A stretch of 64,000 bases of DNA from Promethearchaeota archaeon. GTDB taxonomy: Archaea; Asgardarchaeota; Lokiarchaeia; Sigyniarchaeales; SOKP01. A model generated the notes under the pieces. The model did not search any database, was not told the origin of the DNA, and saw only the letters and a program-made list of their open reading frames with translations. This document shows positions 10,184 to 19,397 of this stretch, piece after piece; position 1 is the first letter of the stretch; each line of letters begins with the position of its first letter. The position numbers and the translations under genes are program-made. Location of the stretch: assembly GCA_048938855.1 (NCBI GenBank), contig JBHLLT010000003.1, forward strand, positions 96,001 through 160,000, read 5' to 3'.

Positions 10184-11044
10184 TTAGGAATGTCTTGAAG
10201 GTTGACATATTCGAAGGCAATAAGAGCAGTAATTATTCTCTAAAATACTTTGAATGCATTTAGTTCTATCAATGTGAGTGATTACACCATTCTCTTTTTT
10301 GATAGGAGTTTCAAAAACAGAACCACCTTTACATTCTCTCACACATGCACCACATTTCTCACATAAATCTTTTAACTCATTAAAATCTCTTTCTTTATTT
10401 TCAGGAATATTTGCATCTGTAGTAATTATACTCCATCTTTGTCGAGGACCAAATTCAGGCGTAAGGATTAATCCATTTCTTCCCATTATTCCCAAGTTTG
10501 CCGCTACTACATGAGGGCCATATAAAAGTTTTCCGCCGAAAGGATGATGTGCTTCACTTTTATATCCCTGTTCTTTCATATATTCCGCTAATTCAATTGT
10601 GACATCACCTAAAACTTTATAGACTCGAAATACTTCAATTTCACAAATAGCACTTGGTGCATTTTTGATTTTATCCCATTTCATTTCCATTCCAAGGACT
10701 ATTGCATTTTTACCATAAACTTTTAGGTCTTTAAATATATAGTTTTCATTAACAGGTGTATATGCTATGAGATCTACATCAAGCTCTTTCGCTTTTTTCT
10801 CAAAACTATCCCAAAAATCAGGTGTAGTATCTGTTCTTGTGTTGCTTTCATTTCCATATTTCGTTTTCCTAGCTATTTGGAAACCTTTAAAAGTACCTCT
10901 AATATATTTACTGAATAATTTAGCAGATTCGCGATCTAAGACTTCTGCCGGTCCTAAACTCATATTAAATAGTTCTTTAGGAACAATAAAAACAAGATTC
11001 TCATTTTTCCCAATATAGGTTGGTTCAATCCCGGCATCTGACAT
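10184..11044 (-). CDS. Reductive dehalogenase / epoxyqueuosine reductase-like cobalamin-Fe-S protein
   Basis: NAIVLGMEM, ANLGIMGRNGLILTPEFGPRQRWSIITTD, CEKCGACVREC and C...CSYCLRIC; no Tat signal. Confidence 0.8.
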   Translation of the reverse strand: MSDAGIEPTYIGKNENLVFIVPKELFNMSLGPAEVLDRESAKLFSKYIRGTFKGFQIARKTKYGNESNTRTDTTPDFWDSFEKKAKELDVDLIAYTPVNENYIFKDLKVYGKNAIVLGMEMKWDKIKNAPSAICEIEVFRVYKVLGDVTIELAEYMKEQGYKSEAHHPFGGKLLYGPHVVAANLGIMGRNGLILTPEFGPRQRWSIITTDANIPENKERDFNELKDLCEKCGACVRECKGGSVFETPIKKENGVITHIDRTKCIQSILENNYCSYCLRICQPSRHS

Positions 11045-11241
11045 ATTTTATCCCTTTTAATTCAAAATAGCAAAATATCTACTTAACTTTATATTAAAAA
11101 TATTAAAAATATGATGATTTTAATGAAAATTTCCATTTGCTTTTCTTACAATAATGTAAAAGTGTAGATTTTAGAAGCTTAAAGATTTATTTAATTTTAT
11201 GAAATATTAATTTTATACACTTAACTGTTGAAAGAATTATA

Positions 11242-12873
11242 ATGAAAAATTTGAGAGTTTTATCAAACAAGAAAATTATAACTTTAATTATTGCTGTTAT
11301 TCTGATTGCTTCAAGTGTGTTCATAGTAGTATTCCTCAACACTAATAATTCAAATAAAAAAGTAACTATTCTTGAGGGTACTCTTACTGAAGACACCACT
11401 TGGTCAGGCTTTGTTCATATTCACGATACAGTTATTGTTCCTGAGAATGTAACTCTAATAATCCTCCCTGGAACATGGGTGGAATTCAGACATTATAGGG
11501 GATATAAAGAGGATATCTCAGTTAGTCTATTTATTGCAGGTGGGACCATAATTGCTGTTGGAACTCCTTCTCAACAAATCTGGTTCACTTCGGATGCTGA
11601 GGAACCAATAAACGGTGATTGGGGTGGAATTAGTTGTGCGAAAACTAATGATTCCATCTTTAAATATGTAATAGTTGAATTTAGCACAATTGGAATTGAA
11701 CAATGGGACTCTCAAGTCACCATTTCTCATTCAATTGTGAGGTGGGTGAATACAGAGGGCATTGCTATCTTTTCCTCATCCCCACTTATTGAATACAATC
11801 TTCTCTACGAAAATGCGTATCACGAAATCGTATTGGAACTACAGAATCCTAATGTCACAATCAGATATAATATTTTTAAGGGGGGTCATAATGGAATCCA
11901 TGTAGAAGCGTCAAATGTAATTATAGAAGGAAATTATTTTGTGAATTATACTGGTCAAGCAATTTCTGGCAGGGAATTCTCCAATCTATCTATTATAGGC
12001 AACAAATTTGAAAATATTCAAGATCCTCCAATATTATTAGACCCTACAGCAACAAATATAACACAAGACAATGATTTTGGAGATGATACTGTTCCAATTC
12101 CAACACTCAATTTTCCAGATAGCAAAAGAATAGAACTAGGATATATTCCAGGAGATCCTGAGGATCAATACCTTTATGTTTATCCAACATTAGATGAGAC
12201 ACGTAAAATTATAAAAAGGCTTGAAAATGAGTCCATTGTAGGATCTACACTAACATTCATGAATGATAGTTTATGGCGGTTTAATCTTGCTTCTTATTCA
12301 AAAGGGTCTTACCAAGATTTCGTTAGAATAGATCCTGTAACTGGAAATGCTACTTTCTACGGAAATAATTTTGTATTTAATCCGCGTGGCTTAGCAAATG
12401 ATGGTAAATACTTCTGGGTTAATGATCTGACATTCCGTAAAATTTTTAAATTTAAAATTAATTCAAGTGGATTTTTAGAAATCATTGATTCATTTGATGT
12501 GCCTTATTCAGATGTAAGAGGTTATGCTTGCCTTGCATTCGACGGAACCTTTTTATACACCATTGCTGGATCTCTTGTTTATAAGATTAATATGACTGGA
12601 GATCTAGTAGCAGAAACTACCTATCAGGGAGCACCTCTTGGAGGGTCTATTGTATGGACAGGAAACTTCTTTTGGGCAGATTCCGGAACCCATATAACAA
12701 AATGGAATCCAAATTGGACGATAGCAGGTAAAATCTTTCCAGCAGCATGGGGTACAGATGCACTAGCTTGGGATGGTACCTATTTATGGGCTTTGCAGAG
12801 AACATGTGAATTATGGAAGGATGGTAAGATCTTTCAAATAGAGATTATCGATGATCAAATTATTAATGGTTAA
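11242..12873 (+). CDS. Membrane-anchored or secreted protein: right-handed parallel beta-helix plus C-terminal beta-propeller-like domain
   Basis: N-terminal hydrophobic anchor; VPENVTLIILPGT, WFTSD..GDWGGI and repeated I.I..N.F strands; C-terminal GLANDGKYFWV / LAFDGTFLY / LAWDGTYLW repeats. Confidence 0.75.
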   Translation: MKNLRVLSNKKIITLIIAVILIASSVFIVVFLNTNNSNKKVTILEGTLTEDTTWSGFVHIHDTVIVPENVTLIILPGTWVEFRHYRGYKEDISVSLFIAGGTIIAVGTPSQQIWFTSDAEEPINGDWGGISCAKTNDSIFKYVIVEFSTIGIEQWDSQVTISHSIVRWVNTEGIAIFSSSPLIEYNLLYENAYHEIVLELQNPNVTIRYNIFKGGHNGIHVEASNVIIEGNYFVNYTGQAISGREFSNLSIIGNKFENIQDPPILLDPTATNITQDNDFGDDTVPIPTLNFPDSKRIELGYIPGDPEDQYLYVYPTLDETRKIIKRLENESIVGSTLTFMNDSLWRFNLASYSKGSYQDFVRIDPVTGNATFYGNNFVFNPRGLANDGKYFWVNDLTFRKIFKFKINSSGFLEIIDSFDVPYSDVRGYACLAFDGTFLYTIAGSLVYKINMTGDLVAETTYQGAPLGGSIVWTGNFFWADSGTHITKWNPNWTIAGKIFPAAWGTDALAWDGTYLWALQRTCELWKDGKIFQIEIIDDQIING

Positions 12874-12977
12874 TATAAGCATCAACAATCCTGTTTATTT
12901 TTAAATACTAAATTCTTTCTTCTTTTTAAGGAAGAAAATTATGATTATTAATTTCTTTAGGGTTTAATGAATATAGA

Positions 12978-13745
12978 TTACTTTTTCTTCTTAACTACTC
13001 CGAAAATCCTTCGCCAATCTTTTAATAAAGGAAGACGTTCTGTTGCTTCTTCAATCCATAGAAGAGATCCCTCCTTTCCCATCTCTCTAATCAGAATGTC
13101 TTTTGATTCAATTATTTTCTTGTAAACTTCATATTGTCTTTGTTTCCAATTTAAAATTTCCTTATAGATTATAATTTCAAAACCGCTTTCTTGCAGAATA
13201 GGTCGATAATCGTTTAAAGTTGTTGGTGTTTCCCAACATGTAAATACAAACGATGCATCTGAACGAAGAATTCTGGTAATTTCACTAATACTTTTTGCCT
13301 TATCTTGTATATATGTAAGGGTATCAACACTGACTGCTCCATCAAAATAACTATTTGGGAAGATTGCTGAACAAATATTCATCACATGGAATTCAGCTTT
13401 ATTTTCTAATCCAAACTCCGGTATACGTTTTTTTGCTAAGTCAATAGCAACTTCTGAGAGATCAATACCAACATAATTTGCATTTGTTTCACGTGCTACC
13501 CACAATCCTGGTCCTGCTTTTCCACATCCAATATCAAGAAAAGTTTCCCCAGGATTGATTTTAAGATATTTTACTATATTCCGCAAATCCGTCATTGTAA
13601 CAAAACTATCAATACTCAATTCCTCTGGATAATCATTCCGATAAATTTTTAGGAAAATCTCATGAACAAGCTGACTTTTTTTTTGTTTGTACCAGAAATT
13701 AGCTCTTTCTTTCTGTTTTATGATCTCAATGTTTTTTTCGTTCAA
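12978..13745 (-). CDS. Class I SAM-dependent methyltransferase
   Basis: FLDIGCGKAG motif I, YVGIDLS, FDGAVS. Confidence 0.9.
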   Translation of the reverse strand: MNEKNIEIIKQKERANFWYKQKKSQLVHEIFLKIYRNDYPEELSIDSFVTMTDLRNIVKYLKINPGETFLDIGCGKAGPGLWVARETNANYVGIDLSEVAIDLAKKRIPEFGLENKAEFHVMNICSAIFPNSYFDGAVSVDTLTYIQDKAKSISEITRILRSDASFVFTCWETPTTLNDYRPILQESGFEIIIYKEILNWKQRQYEVYKKIIESKDILIREMGKEGSLLWIEEATERLPLLKDWRRIFGVVKKKK

Positions 13746-13826
13746 TCTATTTTAGATTTAAGAACTCCTTTAATTTAAAATACGAAAATTTTTACTTCTA
13801 TTTATATTAGATACATTGTAAAGATA

Positions 13827-16800
13827 ATGGCTTTAAACGTAAATCCTCCAAACTATAGTTGCCCCTTCTGTGGAAAAGAATTGGAATCAAGATTTTTTAA
13901 ATGTTTTAATATATATTGTCAAGGACAAAAGTTTAATGTAGGTAATCTAGTTATATATAGGTTAAATCCAGATTTGGGATTAGGGCGTATAATAAAAAAG
14001 TTGGAGATACCCACATCAAAATCTTTAGATGAGGAGGATTCAAATTTCATATCTAAATATAAAGTCTCTTTTAAAAACAACATTGTAAAAATAATCCATC
14101 CAATTGATCTGATTCATTATGTGTTTGAGTTAAATGACAAAATAGTTACCAAACATGGAGTAGGATATATAAATACAAAGGATTTTCTAGTTCAGGACGG
14201 GGTAATATCATATGAATTTTTAAAAGAAGATGGTAAAAAATCCCAAATTTTCGAAAGTGAAATTTATTCTAAATATGAGACTCCTATTAAGACTCTAATT
14301 TCAAAGCAAAGCTTAGATCCTCCAACTAATTTTTTAATCAAGTATTGGGCAAATTTATTCTATTCTTATTACAAATCATATCAAATAAAATGTATAACAA
14401 ATTCGCGTTTAACTCTAATGCCTCATCAAATTAATGTAACCCATAGATTAGCTGAAGAATTTTTTCCAAGAATTATTCTAGCTGATGAAGTAGGACTTGG
14501 AAAAACAATTGAAGCAGGTATTTATATTAAGGAGATGATTTCGAGAGATCTAGCAGAACGTATTTTAATTATTGTCCCCGCTTCCCTTTTGAAACAATGG
14601 GCTTTCGAAATGAGTAATAAATTCAATCTTGAATTTACGATTTATGATGGAAAGAAGATTAAAGAATTAAAACGCAAAGGTAGTTATAAACATCCAGATA
14701 TACTCCATAATCCTTTCTATTATGATAATTTAATTATATGTTCACTTCAATTTGCTCGAAATAAAAAGTATATTGAATTGTTATCAAGTATCTCATGGGA
14801 TATAGTTATTTTTGATGAGGCTCATCATTTAAGAAGATACCTCATAAACGCTATGACCGGAAACTACCGAGAAACGCTCAATTATGAGTTAGCTAAAACT
14901 TTGAGTTTAAATTCAGAAAGTATGTTGCTATTAACTGCTACACCTTTACAATTACACTCATTTGAGTTATTTTCATTAATTGAGTTAATCCATCCAGAGA
15001 CCTTCGAAAACTTTAGTGATTTCGAACATTTCAGGAAGAATATGCCATTCATTAACTTAATGATAACAAACTTGAATAATATTGATAAACTGAATAATTT
15101 TGAAGTTAAAAACACAATTAAACTTCTTAAAGACTTGAAGTATATTGATAGAAATAAAAATCTAACCCAAATTCTAGCAGAAGTAAAAGATGATTCATTT
15201 AAATTACAATTGTTAAATAGAATTGAAGAAGATCACACTTTATCTAAATTTTTAATTAGAAACCGTAAAAAAAATGTATTTACTGATGATCTATTAAACA
15301 AAAGAATCGTAAATACAATAATGGTTATCCCAACAAAGGAAGAATTAGATATTTATAATGAAATCCGTCTTTACTTAGCAAATATTTATAATTCGTCTTT
15401 AACTAAAGAAAATGTCGGAATTGGATTCATAATTACAACTCTGCAAAAACTTTTGACCAGTTCCAAACAATCATTTCTTAAAAGCATTGAAAGGAGGCTA
15501 GATCAACTCGATAGATATAAGGACATTTTTCTGGATACTACAATTATAAAGGAAGGAGATCCTGAATATTATGAAGCAGAAATAGAAGAACAATACCTTG
15601 ATAGTGAAATATTTGATACCTTTAACAATAAAACAGCTCAAGAAAAGAAAGACGAGGTCATTGATCTCCTTAATCAAGAGAAGATCTTAAAGGAGTATTA
15701 TGATAAACTAAACGCATTATCATATGATTCGAAATCAGCTAAATTAATTGAATTGTTAGATCATATCTATTCGCAAAATCCTCGGGAGAAAATAATAATT
15801 TTCACTCAGTTCGTTGATACCTTAAAATTCTTGAAATCTCTAATAGAGAAACATAATATTAATTATGATGTTGAGTTATTTTTTGGAGGATTAGATAAAG
15901 TACAAAAGGACGAATCAGTTGAGAGGTTTCGCTCGAGTAAAAAATTCTCAATATTGATATCTACTGAAATTGGTGGTGAAGGGCGGAATTTCCAGTTCTG
16001 TCGTGTTTTGATAAACTATGATTTACCATGGAATCCAATGAAACTGGAGCAAAGAATCGGTAGATTAGATAGAATTGGTCAAAAATCAAAAGAAATTTAT
16101 ATTTATAATATATTTATGGAAGGTACAGTAGAAACAGATATTATTCATGCCATCCTCAAAAGGATTAATCTTTTTGAAGAATCTATCGGGATTTTGGAGC
16201 CAATAATTGGCAGGATTGAAAAAGATTTTAAAGGAGTAATTTTTGCTGAAGAAGACGGAAAAAAACGGAAAAAATTAAATGAATTTTATCGAACCCTTGA
16301 TGAAGAAATAAGGAAAGCAAAAGAGATTGAGATGCAGTTAGATGATCTTATGATTGATAAAAAATCTTTCCAAATGGAAGGATTGATTACCTCATTAGCT
16401 TCCTGTGTGGATGTTAAACTTACTTATAACGAATTGTACTTATTGATGAAATTATTTTTTGAAAATGAAGAAAATTTGTATGGAAAATTGATAAAGATAC
16501 AAGAGATAGAGGAAGAGGATATTCAAGATTATTATTTTCCCTCTAAAATTGTATTAAAAGATACTTTATTAAAAAATCCTAAATATCAATTTCAGAATAA
16601 ATATACAGGTACATTCAATTTAGATCTTGCAAGAAAAAAGGAAGAGATTGATTTTTTTGCTTTAGGACATCCATTTATAAACAATATTTTGGATTTTTGC
16701 AGAAGTGATGAATTTAAAGGAAACTTTAGTGAGTTATATTTAGATAGCAAAGAATTAGAAAACTATTATAATCTCAAACTAATTCATGATAATGACTTGT

Positions 16801-17438
16801 ATTTATTTGTTTTTTCAGTTAAATTCCAAGGCTATATAATAGAAAGCCAAATCTCAGCTATTGTGATTGATAAAAATGGAAATGAAATTAAAGACTTTGT
16901 AGATATAATATTGGATATTAAAAATTTCATTAAAATTTATCTTTTAAATGAAAGCCAAGAGAATTTGAATATTAATTATAATCTTATCAACGATCTCCGG
17001 GAAGAAGCAAAAAATATCGTTAAAACTAAAACATCCATTTGGAAGAGAGAAATTAAAATCCTTAATGACAGCATTTTTGATCAAGAGAAGAAGAAAAAAG
17101 AAAAAATATATGCTCATAAAAGGAGAACTCTAAATCTTCGACTTGAATCATTAGCAAATAATTTAGAGCAAAAACAAAATAAAAGACCTACAGCTCGCCA
17201 ATTGCATAATATCGAAAAAATAACAGATGTCGAACGGAAAAAAGAGCGATCAGATTATTTTAAAAAATTAGAAGAAGATATTAAATTCATTCATCAAGAT
17301 ATGAAATCAACTAAAAAGAAATTAGATGATTTACAATTCGAATATGAAGATCTCAAAAATGAAATGATTAAACGAAATAAATCAAAATTCTATACAAATC
17401 TCATTTCATTTGCATTATTAAAAATTGTGAATTCTTGA
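13827..17438 (+). CDS. rapA: RapA/HepA-like SNF2 family ATPase with N-terminal zinc ribbon and C-terminal coiled coil
   Basis: ILADEVGLGKTIEAG, FDEAHHL, LLLTATP, STEIGGEGRNFQF and YDLPWNPMKLEQRIGRLDRIGQ. N-terminal CPFC...C..C followed by a RapA-like DLGLG segment. The symbol denotes family resemblance only. Confidence 0.82.
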   Translation: MALNVNPPNYSCPFCGKELESRFFKCFNIYCQGQKFNVGNLVIYRLNPDLGLGRIIKKLEIPTSKSLDEEDSNFISKYKVSFKNNIVKIIHPIDLIHYVFELNDKIVTKHGVGYINTKDFLVQDGVISYEFLKEDGKKSQIFESEIYSKYETPIKTLISKQSLDPPTNFLIKYWANLFYSYYKSYQIKCITNSRLTLMPHQINVTHRLAEEFFPRIILADEVGLGKTIEAGIYIKEMISRDLAERILIIVPASLLKQWAFEMSNKFNLEFTIYDGKKIKELKRKGSYKHPDILHNPFYYDNLIICSLQFARNKKYIELLSSISWDIVIFDEAHHLRRYLINAMTGNYRETLNYELAKTLSLNSESMLLLTATPLQLHSFELFSLIELIHPETFENFSDFEHFRKNMPFINLMITNLNNIDKLNNFEVKNTIKLLKDLKYIDRNKNLTQILAEVKDDSFKLQLLNRIEEDHTLSKFLIRNRKKNVFTDDLLNKRIVNTIMVIPTKEELDIYNEIRLYLANIYNSSLTKENVGIGFIITTLQKLLTSSKQSFLKSIERRLDQLDRYKDIFLDTTIIKEGDPEYYEAEIEEQYLDSEIFDTFNNKTAQEKKDEVIDLLNQEKILKEYYDKLNALSYDSKSAKLIELLDHIYSQNPREKIIIFTQFVDTLKFLKSLIEKHNINYDVELFFGGLDKVQKDESVERFRSSKKFSILISTEIGGEGRNFQFCRVLINYDLPWNPMKLEQRIGRLDRIGQKSKEIYIYNIFMEGTVETDIIHAILKRINLFEESIGILEPIIGRIEKDFKGVIFAEEDGKKRKKLNEFYRTLDEEIRKAKEIEMQLDDLMIDKKSFQMEGLITSLASCVDVKLTYNELYLLMKLFFENEENLYGKLIKIQEIEEEDIQDYYFPSKIVLKDTLLKNPKYQFQNKYTGTFNLDLARKKEEIDFFALGHPFINNILDFCRSDEFKGNFSELYLDSKELENYYNLKLIHDNDLYLFVFSVKFQGYIIESQISAIVIDKNGNEIKDFVDIILDIKNFIKIYLLNESQENLNINYNLINDLREEAKNIVKTKTSIWKREIKILNDSIFDQEKKKKEKIYAHKRRTLNLRLESLANNLEQKQNKRPTARQLHNIEKITDVERKKERSDYFKKLEEDIKFIHQDMKSTKKKLDDLQFEYEDLKNEMIKRNKSKFYTNLISFALLKIVNS

Positions 17439-17444
17439 GATAAT

Positions 17445-17975
17445 TCATTTCGAATCAACGTTTTTGATCATTATTTCCACTAGGTTTAGGAAGGCTTCTT
17501 CCACTTTTTCCCCGGTTTTTGCAGAAGTTTCAATATAAAAAGTATCTTCTTTTTTGGCAAACACTTCCGCGTTTTCTCGTTCATAGAGTTCATCTCTTTT
17601 GTCGATCAAATCCACTTTATTACCAATAACCGCAAAAGGTATACTATCACCTGCATAATCCCGTAAATCGGATAGCCATTCTTCAAGTTCTTCAAATGTA
17701 TGCCATCTAGAAAGATCAAAAACAATTAGGGCTCCATTAGCTCCATCAAAAAAACTAGATCTTAAAAATTTATATCTATCTTGACCACCGATATCCCAAA
17801 TCTGTATTTTTATAGTATCACCATTATTGTGAATTGTCTTTGAAAGGAAATCTGCTCCTATAGTCAATTTATATCTGAAAGAGAACTTATCTTCAACAAA
17901 TCTATGTAATAACGATGTTTTACCTACAGCACCAGGTCCTATAATTATCATTTTAAAGACATAAAGGTGTGAAAT
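17445..17975 (-). CDS. Rab-like small GTPase (copy 1)
   Basis: GPGAVGKT, TIGADF, KIQIWDIGGQ, NKVD, ETSAK. The ORF track starts at ATG 17951; homology to the paralogs and a GGTGA site favour ATT 17975. Confidence 0.92.
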   Translation of the reverse strand: MSHLYVFKMIIIGPGAVGKTSLLHRFVEDKFSFRYKLTIGADFLSKTIHNNGDTIKIQIWDIGGQDRYKFLRSSFFDGANGALIVFDLSRWHTFEELEEWLSDLRDYAGDSIPFAVIGNKVDLIDKRDELYERENAEVFAKKEDTFYIETSAKTGEKVEEAFLNLVEIMIKNVDSK

Positions 17976-18118
17976 ATATTCTCACCATATTGAATGTTCA
18001 TATCTAATTTGCAATTCTAATAAATAATCTAAATTCAATATTTAAACCTTTTCCAAAACATTGAGTTTAAATAGAAATTCTTGTTAAGCTTGACAAAATT
18101 CGAAATTAGAGAATGTAA

Positions 18119-18649
18119 TCATTCCCCAAAGGTATTTTTTACAATTAGTCGTGTTAGTTGAGTAAATGCTTCTTGAATGTTTTCACCAGTTTTCGCTGAA
18201 CTTTCAAGATAGGAATAATCTAATTTCTCAACAAAATGATTAATCTCATTTTGGTCGAAAGATTCACCAATTTTGGGTACCAAATCCGATTTATTCCCCA
18301 GAATCACGATTGGAACTTTTTCTTCAATTATCACGTTTAAATCAGAGATCCATTCTTTCATTTTTGAAAATGTCTGTGGTCTTGAAAGATCAAATACCAC
18401 TAATGCCCCATAAGTACCCTCATAAAAATTTCTACGTAATATTTTAAAACGTTTTTGTCCTCCAATATCCCATATTGTGAGCAGAGCAAACGAGTCTTTC
18501 TCAAACTCTACTAATTTAGAATTGATTTCCACCCCAATTGTGAACATATAATCGAAGGAAAACTCATTTTTAACAAATCTACGAATGATTGAGGACTTTC
18601 CAACTCCTCCAGGTCCAATTACTATAATTTTTAGTACATATTCATACAT
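18119..18649 (-). CDS. Rab-like small GTPase (copy 2)
   Basis: GPGGVGKS, TIGVEI, WDIGGQ, NKSD, ESSAK. Confidence 0.93.
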   Translation of the reverse strand: MYEYVLKIIVIGPGGVGKSSIIRRFVKNEFSFDYMFTIGVEINSKLVEFEKDSFALLTIWDIGGQKRFKILRRNFYEGTYGALVVFDLSRPQTFSKMKEWISDLNVIIEEKVPIVILGNKSDLVPKIGESFDQNEINHFVEKLDYSYLESSAKTGENIQEAFTQLTRLIVKNTFGE

Positions 18650-18801
18650 ATATGGTATTCAAGCTTACATTATTTGTTCTTATAGTAATATTTAGAGATA
18701 TTATGCTAAATTTGTGGGATAGTTCCTAATTAAATTGCAGTTAATAAAAACATTTATAAATATATTAAATTCTGATACAAGAGAACAAATTATGAATATA
18801 T

Positions 18802-19332
18802 TTACTCCTTAAATGAATTTTCAACTATCATTTTAGTAAGTTCAACAAAAGCACTTTGAACATTATCACCCGATTTTGCAGATGTTTCAATATAAATACT
18901 TCCAATCTTATCAGCATAATCTTTAGGTTCGTTTCTATCAATTACTTCACCAATTTCAGAAATCAGATCTAGCTTATTTCCAAGAATTACAAGAGGAACT
19001 TTTTCTTCTATCAACTCATTCATGTCAGAGACCCATTCTTTCATTTTTGAATAAGTCTGGACTCTTGTAAGATCAAACACCACTACTGCTCCATGAGTTC
19101 CTATATAAAAATTTCGACGTAGATTTTTAAACCGATCTTGACCGCCTATATCCCAAATGGTTAATCTTGCTTTCTTGTCTGAATCATATTCTATAATCTT
19201 AGTTGAGAAATCTACACCAATTGTGAACTGATAATGTAAGGTAAATTTATCCTCACTAAATCTACGGATGAGACTGGACTTTCCTACGGCTGCTGGGCCA
19301 ATAACAATGATTTTAAATGAAAGCTCTACCAT
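18802..19332 (-). CDS. Rab-like small GTPase (copy 3)
   Basis: GPAAVGKS, TIGVDF, WDIGGQ, NKLD, ETSAK. Confidence 0.93.
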   Translation of the reverse strand: MVELSFKIIVIGPAAVGKSSLIRRFSEDKFTLHYQFTIGVDFSTKIIEYDSDKKARLTIWDIGGQDRFKNLRRNFYIGTHGAVVVFDLTRVQTYSKMKEWVSDMNELIEEKVPLVILGNKLDLISEIGEVIDRNEPKDYADKIGSIYIETSAKSGDNVQSAFVELTKMIVENSFKE

Positions 19333-19397
19333 TTTATAGGTTTTTTAGGGTTATTGATATATAACAAAGTTAAAGAAATTCATGAATTTATATAATT

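Noticed and set aside
11111-11117. Second ATGATGA box C in an intergenic region
   Set aside because: No CTGA box D or terminal stem at a suitable distance.
13827-17438. SNF2 gene as part of a DISARM or restriction-type defence island
   Set aside because: No DNA methyltransferase, nuclease or other defence gene nearby; the neighbouring methyltransferase looks like a small-molecule enzyme.
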